Shown here: positions 56,860 to 64,000 of the stretch, piece after piece | Layout of the letters: each line of letters opens with the position of its first letter | Position numbering within the stretch: position 1 is the stretch's first letter | DNA from: a virus | DNA: 64,000 nucleotides | Direction: 5' to 3' (one strand) | Virus record (IMG/VR): IMGVR_UViG_3300034198_008895 | Location: 99,395 to 163,394 of that record | Program-made: the position numbers and the translations under genes | The notes under the pieces: model-generated | What the model saw: only the letters and a program-made list of their open reading frames with translations | What the model was told of the DNA's origin: nothing | Database searches by the model: none

Positions 56860-58311
56860 TTAGTAGTAAGATTGTGGTGCATTGTGTTTGGAGGTCAGAC
56901 TATCGATAACAGTGCCGAGCTGGAAACTCATATAGTCTACGGCTTGTTTGTCGATAGAGATAACCGGAGAGAAGAGGCTGTTAGCAAACGTCGGGATCGT
57001 GTACCAGTTAGCAGGCATACCTGCAAAGCTGAGATGGATCTTACTCGTACCTAACAAATCAATATAACCTTCAACGTGCATCGGGAGAATGCCGCCATTG
57101 GTTTCATTCAGGAAGATTTCCGTAATGAATTTTTCTTTAAAGATCTCCAGCAAGAAGCTGAATTCTTGTTCTTCCAGATTGATAAAGCTATTGAAGTTCG
57201 TTACAAACACTTCAGCAAGACCAGTCGGATTCGTCATATTTGACGCAGTAAAGAAGATCTTGTTGAAACCATACTTGGTTGCCAAGGACACAGAGTTCTC
57301 AATCAGGCTGTATGCCTTCAGGGTCACAGGGTCTTGACCATGCCAATAGTCGCCGACTTCTGGAGTCTGAGACATAGATGGATCAACATAATCCTTCGTG
57401 ATATTGTAAACTTTGAAACGATTATAGATCGTGGGATCAACGTTCATCAGTGTCTGGAAGTTGAAGAATTCACGAACAACCTTGAAACCAGCCATGCGAC
57501 TGATATACTTCAAGAAACGATTGTCGTTAATGCTCGGTTCCGGAAGACGTGCTTCGGGAGCCATACCGTTACTGATCTCGTAAGAATTGATAAAGATATC
57601 TTTGTTCTTGGCATCATGCATGCCATGAGTCAGAATCTTTGACAGATATTCAGTCGTGATATTGTTATCAACGCTAGAAGACAGAGCCTTTGTATCAACA
57701 GAGTTCATGTAGCTACCCATGTATTGCGAGACCATGGATTGATCATTGATAAACTGTTGCATGTTGAGCAGATTAATGTTTTCCAAGACATCGCTCGGAC
57801 GCTGAGTAAACAGCTCATTAAATCCGCCATTGAAGAATACGTTATAGATGCGATAGAGCTTTTCCTTACGGATAACACCCATCGGAGTCTGCAACGTCAT
57901 CGTAGTTGTTTCGATAACGTTGTTGATATAATGAATCAGATTAGGATCGATGTGACCAGTATTAGTGATACCGTCATGTTCAGTATAACCCTGAATATAG
58001 CTATTGATTTCACCACCGACTGGATCGATAGTACGGATTTTCAACATGAAGATAAACTTCCGTGTAGAAACCCAATCATTATTACACATCGACATATAAC
58101 CAGCCGCATTCGGCTGAATAATTTCACCAGCAAGACCATTCACAATGTTGGGAGTGATCTTACCAGCTTTAGTGTCATACAGCCGTTCAGAGATCTGATC
58201 GATCGCTGCGGCGGAAGGATTCACCATGTACGGATGATTGTACATGGGCATATAGTTTCCAGTTGGAATATATACCAACTCTTCAATCGAGAAATTCTCG
58301 CCGAAATTCAT
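56860..58311 (-). CDS. probable phage-nucleus import factor PicA/Imp1 (phiKZ gp69-like)
   Basis: 483 aa, immediately downstream of the gp68-like gene in the gp65-gp75 block; assignment mainly by synteny and size. Confidence 0.55.
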   Translation of the reverse strand: MNFGENFSIEELVYIPTGNYMPMYNHPYMVNPSAAAIDQISERLYDTKAGKITPNIVNGLAGEIIQPNAAGYMSMCNNDWVSTRKFIFMLKIRTIDPVGGEINSYIQGYTEHDGITNTGHIDPNLIHYINNVIETTTMTLQTPMGVIRKEKLYRIYNVFFNGGFNELFTQRPSDVLENINLLNMQQFINDQSMVSQYMGSYMNSVDTKALSSSVDNNITTEYLSKILTHGMHDAKNKDIFINSYEISNGMAPEARLPEPSINDNRFLKYISRMAGFKVVREFFNFQTLMNVDPTIYNRFKVYNITKDYVDPSMSQTPEVGDYWHGQDPVTLKAYSLIENSVSLATKYGFNKIFFTASNMTNPTGLAEVFVTNFNSFINLEEQEFSFLLEIFKEKFITEIFLNETNGGILPMHVEGYIDLLGTSKIHLSFAGMPANWYTIPTFANSLFSPVISIDKQAVDYMSFQLGTVIDSLTSKHNAPQSYY

Positions 58312-58330
58312 TTGTCATTACCTTTCAAGG

Positions 58331-59830
58331 TCAGGAATTGATGAAATCAATGTAGGAACAAACCACATCGTTGATGTTATTTGGAATAATTAGATAACCA
58401 TCCTTGTTGGTAAACTTGCTAAGCTGTTCAGGATCACCCACAGGAATCCAAAGACAGTTTGCAATCTCTTTACTTATCTCAGAGACTGTCTTTTCAATAA
58501 CAGACTGTTTGTCATCTTCGATAGAGAAACTGTAATAATCGGTAAGACGTTTAACAAGTGTCTTATTAACACCGTTACGAATAAGTACGTTAACATAAGA
58601 AGCTTCTTGTGAACGATACGAACTCAACAGCATACCGATGAACTCTTGACCATTCGACATCAGAACAACCTTAGCGAACAACATCAGTTCGACAAGACGT
58701 TTGTATTCGATATAGTACAAAGCACGAGGATTGATAATCTTGCTAATGAACCAACCCAGGAGATAGGTTTGGGTCTTATCCAACTTGCTTTCCACAAGCG
58801 CAGGAACGTATTGCAATTCACGTTCATACATGGCATAGTCGAAATTGGAATGACCAAGTGCATTAACCAAGAACTCGATATTGCTAAGAGAGTGTTGAAT
58901 CTCAACAACAGTACCGATAGGGATACTTGAGGTCTTCCGGTAGTCCTCGAAGTAACTCATGTCTTCCTTATTGCTATCACCGCCTGCGACTGTTGTCTTA
59001 GAACGGATCACAACACTATCAGAGGTAATAAAGCTACCCTTGTACTTGATAGTCTGGAAGATAAACGAAATAATATTGCATTTCTTACTGAAGAAGTCAA
59101 TCGTCAGCAGTTTGTTAAAGATAATTTCACTGACCAAGCTATCCAGAATGTCGTCGTCACTGAGACCAGCATTAATGATCAAGTGTTCATTCTTGGTATT
59201 ACCGATCAGAGTAATCTGATTGGCTTCAATATAACGCTTCAGCTTATCAATCTCCGGACACGAATAGACATCCGAACGGATAAACAGCATGAAGATCTTG
59301 TAGTAATAATGACTTGTCAGTTGCTTGATATAGACATAGAAGTCCAGATACAGCGGAGACAGTGCACGAATAAAGATGATCAAGGAGATGAGATCACGAT
59401 ACTCATGTTTGATATAAGTCTTCTCTTCAGTGGTATTCATATCAGGATCATAGATATAATCACTACGGATATTCTCCGGGATGATCATCTGACTTTCCTT
59501 ATACGCCATCCACATCTTGAAGTTGTTATAGTTGAGAAGTTCAGATACCTTAGCAATCTTATTCTCAAGCTTAATGATATAATTCACATCACCATAATTC
59601 TGACGATAGTCTTGTGAGTAGACCTTATAGAACACATCATAAATTTCTTTTTGGATATACTCGGGGAGAGTAGCTATATATTCATTAATCTGATTATACA
59701 GGTTGAACATATCGGACTGATCTTTATAGAAATCAGCCAGATCAAGTTCAATTACTTCGCAGTCATCGTAACTAATACGAAGAACATTTAACCGATATTC
59801 ACTGACCGCGACCTCATAACGTAAACCCAT
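58331..59830 (-). CDS. nvRNAP promoter-specificity (sigma-like) subunit (phiKZ gp68-like)
   Basis: 499 aa helical protein, EKTY..EY.DL and SYFEDYR motifs; synteny; early promoter upstream. Confidence 0.6.
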   Translation of the reverse strand: MGLRYEVAVSEYRLNVLRISYDDCEVIELDLADFYKDQSDMFNLYNQINEYIATLPEYIQKEIYDVFYKVYSQDYRQNYGDVNYIIKLENKIAKVSELLNYNNFKMWMAYKESQMIIPENIRSDYIYDPDMNTTEEKTYIKHEYRDLISLIIFIRALSPLYLDFYVYIKQLTSHYYYKIFMLFIRSDVYSCPEIDKLKRYIEANQITLIGNTKNEHLIINAGLSDDDILDSLVSEIIFNKLLTIDFFSKKCNIISFIFQTIKYKGSFITSDSVVIRSKTTVAGGDSNKEDMSYFEDYRKTSSIPIGTVVEIQHSLSNIEFLVNALGHSNFDYAMYERELQYVPALVESKLDKTQTYLLGWFISKIINPRALYYIEYKRLVELMLFAKVVLMSNGQEFIGMLLSSYRSQEASYVNVLIRNGVNKTLVKRLTDYYSFSIEDDKQSVIEKTVSEISKEIANCLWIPVGDPEQLSKFTNKDGYLIIPNNINDVVCSYIDFINS

Positions 59831-59859
59831 TTCTCATTTCTCCTTGTGTTAGTTACAGG

Positions 59860-59889
59860 TACTATATATGTGCTTGAAATTACTTCAAT
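59860..59889 (-). promoter_or_regulatory. early-type phage promoter
   Basis: TATATATG at 59863-59870, TTCAAT at 59884-59889. Confidence 0.6.
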
Positions 59890-59936
59890 AACCAAGATAA
59901 AATCTCCCTCTCTGTTTGAGAGGGAGATCATTTATA

Positions 59937-60590
59937 TTAGAGACCTAGATCGTCAAGATCGCCGGCAATGTCGACGGTTTTGGCACTACCAGCAGCTGTA
60001 TTAGGACCAGCTTTGATAGGTGCAGGCTTGCGAACGGTTGTGTATTCTTCGGCAGTATAAGCTTGAAGAATTCCACCAATAGTATCGATGACCAGATCAG
60101 CAATGCCATTGGCAAGCTTAGCCGACATAACACTATCAGGGATAGGATTCTTATCACCATCACGGAAAATGTGGAACGGAGAAGGTTTGATACTGAATAC
60201 CAGCTTAGGCTTAGACTCAGCCATAACACTGATATAGATAATACCATCTTTGGATTTACCAAAATAAAGCGTACCGACGACACGTTTGTCTTTAGTAGGC
60301 TTATTGTTTTCATAAACAGTGCCGAGAGACTCAACTGCAAACTTGGTACCAGGAGCACCAGCAATGACATCTTTCAGCATGTGCATGCAAGCAATCATTG
60401 TGGGATAATCACTCGGGAAAGTGATGATACCGTTTTGACCAGTTACACCAGTGTAAACGGTAATTCGCGGGTTACCGTCACGGAAGCCAAACACAAGGCG
60501 GGAACGTTTCTGTTGATCGCCCTCAGGAGCTTCATCGCCCCAAATCACAAGCTTACCAATGTCGTAGTACGTCTTGACAAGATTAGACAT
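59937..60590 (-). CDS. phiKZ gp67-position core protein
   Basis: GNPRITVYT motif, acidic C-terminal tail DLDDLGL; synteny. Confidence 0.55.
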   Translation of the reverse strand: MSNLVKTYYDIGKLVIWGDEAPEGDQQKRSRLVFGFRDGNPRITVYTGVTGQNGIITFPSDYPTMIACMHMLKDVIAGAPGTKFAVESLGTVYENNKPTKDKRVVGTLYFGKSKDGIIYISVMAESKPKLVFSIKPSPFHIFRDGDKNPIPDSVMSAKLANGIADLVIDTIGGILQAYTAEEYTTVRKPAPIKAGPNTAAGSAKTVDIAGDLDDLGL

Positions 60591-60718
60591 GATTCATCCT
60601 TTTTTCAGGTGGAAATTATTTGGTTATTGAATATATCACACGATCAGTGATGGTATAAAAAAATAATAGAGTGACTAGACTAGTTAGTTAATTTCTTTCT
60701 TTCCTCGAGGAGTTAAAT

Positions 60719-61267
60719 ATGAAAGCTTTTAGAAATGTCGCTGGCACAGTTGTCGAGATCGATGTTGACGTTGACCTGCAAGGTCAGCCGATTCTTCCTC
60801 CTGACACCACTGTCGACGAGAAGCCTGCCGCACAGCCTGGCCACTACGTTACTGTCGTGGGCAATGTTTGGGTTCAGATCCCGCAACCTCAAGAAGTTAT
60901 TGCTTTTGAATATCAGAAGCAACAAGCTCTGGAAAAGCTTGGTAAATACAAAGCTTACTATTTCGAACAGCCGACCGAAATCAACGGTGTTCTGTTTGAT
61001 GCCGATGAGCAAGCTCGTAACCGTCTGACACAGAACCTGGTTGTTAACACAGCCTCTGGTTATCTGCCGCCGGCCTGGATTGCCGCTGATAATACTCCTT
61101 ACCCGATCACCACTTTGGCTGATCTGATGGATATTGTTAATGGTGTTCAGCAAGCCTTCTCTACCCGTTTCTTCGAAATGGATAGTCTGCGTCAGCAAAT
61201 TCTTGCTGCTGGTGACGAAGCCGCTCTGGCTGCTGTTGTTATCCCGGTTATTCCTAACCAGATCTAA
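60719..61267 (+). CDS. DUF4376-like tail fibre assembly/chaperone protein
   Basis: TTVDEKP..W N-terminal part; FDADEQARNRL, WIAADN..ITTLADL. Confidence 0.6.
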   Translation: MKAFRNVAGTVVEIDVDVDLQGQPILPPDTTVDEKPAAQPGHYVTVVGNVWVQIPQPQEVIAFEYQKQQALEKLGKYKAYYFEQPTEINGVLFDADEQARNRLTQNLVVNTASGYLPPAWIAADNTPYPITTLADLMDIVNGVQQAFSTRFFEMDSLRQQILAAGDEAALAAVVIPVIPNQI

Positions 61268-61308
61268 TAGATTAGACTACCAGAGGGCTGAAACCCTCTG
61301 GTAGTCTA

Positions 61309-62115
61309 TTATTTATTTCCACCAAACATAAAACTCATAGACAATTCTGACGTCAATGGGTTCACATTCTTTTTCTTCATCGCAGACCAAAGTTCGACAC
61401 GCTCTTTCATTGGAGCTGGTTTAAACATAACATGATCTCCAAAAGTTGTTAACAACTTCTCCATGAAAGGAAGGAAACTCATGTCGTGATCAGGGATAGC
61501 ATGATACTTAGTATTCCAGAGTTTTCTGGATTTAATAACACCTGTATGTGATTCAAGTAAGTCAAGCTTAACAAATTTGCCATAACTTAATAGATCCCAT
61601 GGAACATGTGTAAAGATAAGCGCTTGGTCTTCTCGATTATAGTGAATAGAATTACTGAACTGCATAACTTCATCTTGTTTAGAGATGTGGTCAAGACAGT
61701 ATTTGATAATATTATCCATCGCAAGTTGTTTGTCAGTTGTTGCTTTACGAAGGATTCCTTCCTTATCGTAAGTTGACTTAACAAAAGCATAGTTGTTTGT
61801 GTAGAAGTTAATCGTTAGACCTTCTGCGTGGAAGAACTCTGTTAACCAAGCAATCTCATCTAACAATGTATCAAGAATATCTTTCTTCGGAATCATAAGA
61901 ATATCACCACTTGGAATAGAACTAGTGATATTTCTTAACAATGTAGAAACGTTAAATATATAGTTATTATAAGTATTCAGATCAATTCTATCTGGAACAA
62001 TTCGTGTATCATCATAAACAGACTGAACTGGATCAAAGATGGTTTCCAGAGCCATACCTGTACCAATTGACACAGGAAAACCTGACATAGATCTTGCTTG
62101 AAGTTTTTCATTCAT
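61309..62115 (-). CDS. phiKZ gp66-position core protein
   Basis: FPVSIGT..ALE, N..TLLRN, TH.P.DLL, LLESHTG..K....W.TK motifs; follows sbcD. Confidence 0.6.
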   Translation of the reverse strand: MNEKLQARSMSGFPVSIGTGMALETIFDPVQSVYDDTRIVPDRIDLNTYNNYIFNVSTLLRNITSSIPSGDILMIPKKDILDTLLDEIAWLTEFFHAEGLTINFYTNNYAFVKSTYDKEGILRKATTDKQLAMDNIIKYCLDHISKQDEVMQFSNSIHYNREDQALIFTHVPWDLLSYGKFVKLDLLESHTGVIKSRKLWNTKYHAIPDHDMSFLPFMEKLLTTFGDHVMFKPAPMKERVELWSAMKKKNVNPLTSELSMSFMFGGNK

Positions 62116-63235
62116 GGGCAGTATCCTCTACATGTTTAAAAATCTCAACATAACCTAACATCTTTGCAGTTTCTAGATCTGTTAGTTCATGTTTAGCTTT
62201 GATATTGTTTATCAATGTTTGGTGAATATTTGAGTCCAGAATAAAACTATCTGAAACTTGTAATTCATCACCTTCATCTAATATATATGTTACTGAGTTT
62301 TTATCCGATATATTCTCTTTAATGATCTTTTTCATATTGTAATCAAGATAACGTAACTTGATTTCATTAAAGTTAATATTGAATTCGTGATCTTTACTGA
62401 GAAGGAGACGAATATAACTATTGACTGGATACTTAGAAATATGTTTATCTAAGCGATCAAGTGTAGTAGCGTTAGTGATATTAAGTGTCACATACGTATA
62501 TGAATTCTTATTCTCTATAAATGTATAGTTATCATCTTCGACAATAACATAACCTTTAGGTGCTTCTTCACCATGAGCTAAACGTTCTAAGCTTCCGTTG
62601 GCGAGAATACGATCAAACTTAGAGAACATATGATAATGTCCGATATGGATATAACCACTAACAAGGTTAAGAAAGTATTCTTCCTTGAAATGGAAACCAT
62701 GATACGGTTTACCAGCAAACTGATATTTAAATTGACCATGTAAAATTGCAATATCAACTTTTGTAATAGAGTACTGGTTAAGTTTTTCCTGAATTTGAAG
62801 TTCAAGCTCATCGTGAGAGTTTGTCCATTCATCAGGAATATAAAGAACATATTTACCAATTCGTTCTATGTACTCAATATCTAAAAACTTGTGGTACTTA
62901 AGATCACATTTATGAGTACGTATCTCGTTAAGTTTTACAAGAGTAGACGATTGTTGCCAATCATGACTTGGTGTTCCTTCTAACACTCGTAATAGAATAT
63001 TATTAGCGTAACAATAAGTTAAAAGATAATTAAAGAACTCAATAATTAACTGTACTTCTTTCGAATTTAAATCGAGAAGTCTATCGAATAAATCTCCGGC
63101 AATAAATAAGACATCCAGATTTTTATTTTCTTCAGTTAGTATAGAAGTCTTGAATGATTGTATGATATGTAGTGTTGGTGTTTTGAGATGTCCGAGGTGA
63201 ACATCTGAGGTATTTGCATATTTCATTAGCTTCAT
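62108..63235 (-). CDS. sbcD: SbcD/Mre11-like metallophosphoesterase nuclease
   Basis: SDVHLG, AGDLFD, GTPSHD, LHGQF, GHYH, GSLERL..GEE..KG. Confidence 0.85.
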   Translation of the reverse strand: MKLMKYANTSDVHLGHLKTPTLHIIQSFKTSILTEENKNLDVLFIAGDLFDRLLDLNSKEVQLIIEFFNYLLTYCYANNILLRVLEGTPSHDWQQSSTLVKLNEIRTHKCDLKYHKFLDIEYIERIGKYVLYIPDEWTNSHDELELQIQEKLNQYSITKVDIAILHGQFKYQFAGKPYHGFHFKEEYFLNLVSGYIHIGHYHMFSKFDRILANGSLERLAHGEEAPKGYVIVEDDNYTFIENKNSYTYVTLNITNATTLDRLDKHISKYPVNSYIRLLLSKDHEFNINFNEIKLRYLDYNMKKIIKENISDKNSVTYILDEGDELQVSDSFILDSNIHQTLINNIKAKHELTDLETAKMLGYVEIFKHVEDTAHE

Positions 63236-63350
63236 TCTAGATGAAAATCATACAATTCCCAGTATAGTATTTTTTCTTTTTTGACCTCAAACGTAGTGCT
63301 GTTTCCGCAATTCTGTGAACCATATTTACGGGCTTACTTAAGGAGTTAAC

Positions 63351-64000
63351 ATGAGAATTAATGTTTTCAAATCTGGCGGCAATTCTGCTCAGGGCGGGTT
63401 TGTTAGCAATGGTCTTACCTTGCAAGGGCCTCTGATTCTGTCAGGTCCTCACACCGAACCTCTGCACGCTGTTCCTAAACAGTATGTTGATAATGCTGCT
63501 TACAATCTTGATGCTAATAATATTACAAGCGGTACTCTTGCGGCTGCAAGATTGCCAGCTTTTACTGGAGACGGTACAACCATTCTTGGTTCTAGTAATA
63601 TTATTTTAGCTGCTACAGGGGTCACACCTGGTTCTATTATTAAGCCGACTGTTGACGCTAAGGGTCGCGTTACGTCTAGTGGTTCTATTATTGAATCTGA
63701 TATTTCTGGAATTGGGTTTAATAAATTTACAGTTGGTCGTCCTGATACACTTGACGGTTATGGTATAACTGACGCCGTTCATATGACAGGCAATGTTACA
63801 ATGACTGGTCAACTGGTACAGTCTAGCGGTCCTGTTAATAACGACCATGCTGCAACTAAACAATATGTAGATTCTGCAGCTGGTCTCGCTGGCGGCATCG
63901 CTGTCGGTGATATTATTCGTAAACCTTATTCGACCACACCTAGCGGTTTCTTGAAGTGTAACGGCGCTGAAGTTGATAAGACGACTTACGCTAATCTTTA
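63351..64000 (+). CDS. second tail fibre, paralog of 23786..26602 (runs off the window; not in the ORF track)
   Basis: AAGGAG RBS, ATG 63351: MRINVFKSGG..AVPKQYVD..RLPAFTGD..VDAKGRVT..PDTLDGYGITDA..GDIIRKPYSTTPSGFLKCNGAEVDKTTY. Confidence 0.8.
   Translation, partial: MRINVFKSGGNSAQGGFVSNGLTLQGPLILSGPHTEPLHAVPKQYVDNAAYNLDANNITSGTLAAARLPAFTGDGTTILGSSNIILAATGVTPGSIIKPTVDAKGRVTSSGSIIESDISGIGFNKFTVGRPDTLDGYGITDAVHMTGNVTMTGQLVQSSGPVNNDHAATKQYVDSAAGLAGGIAVGDIIRKPYSTTPSGFLKCNGAEVDKTTYANL

Noticed and set aside
55921-60650. Long antisense ORFs (e.g. 55921..56508, 56527..57054, 57724..58341, 60063..60650; also 12571..13068 and 28894..29373)
   Set aside because: Shadow frames opposite strongly codon-biased genes, with no RBS or motifs
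63316-63329. 14-nt match TGAACCATATTTAC to the array (reverse complement of 43592-43605) just upstream of the second tail fibre
   Set aside because: Half of the match is repeat sequence rather than a spacer A + spacer B pair, and one 14-mer match between a 700-nt array and 64 kb of AT-rich DNA is plausible by chance; not accepted as a self-target
63237-63863. Minus-strand ORFs 63237..63425 and 63606..63863
   Set aside because: Antisense to the real plus-strand tail fibre starting at 63351
1-64000. Alternative genetic code (stop-codon reassignment)
   Set aside because: Core genes are full length in the standard code and TAA, TAG and TGA all serve as stops; no suppressor tRNA seen

Overview
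An AT-rich segment of a phiKZ-like jumbo phage, very probably a nucleus-forming phage of the Chimalliviridae. Recognisable core genes include split multisubunit RNA polymerase subunits (non-virion beta-C and beta'-C, a sigma-like gp68-type subunit, virion beta'-C), a family-B DNA polymerase subunit, DnaB and SF2 helicases, SbcC/SbcD, RNase H, ATP-dependent DNA ligase, dNMP kinase, tail sheath and tube, prohead protease, two paralogous tail fibres and two tRNAs. The block at 49-63 kb keeps the phiKZ gp65-gp75 gene order, including the probable PicA/Imp1 nuclear-import factor. The phiKZ gp assignments come from motifs and synteny, not from a database search. The main find is a self-contained minus-strand transcription unit at about 42.87-44.68 kb: early-type promoter, then a ~292-aa IS110/Nop-fold protein with no RuvC/HNH nuclease domain, then a perfect 11-bp hairpin, then about 20 tandem 36-nt units with two alternating 7-nt conserved repeats (TGAACCA / AGTAACA) separated by unique ~11-nt segments, then a terminator. 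This is the architecture of a TIGR-Tas RNA-guided system of the nuclease-less TasA type. Other oddities: a tRNA-Ser with an A34 (ACT) anticodon, a candidate ~230-nt structured ncRNA with a pseudoknot or switch, a 12-copy early-promoter motif, a tail fibre with two six-bladed propellers inserted inside its collar domain, and phage-encoded TilS-like and CheW-like proteins.
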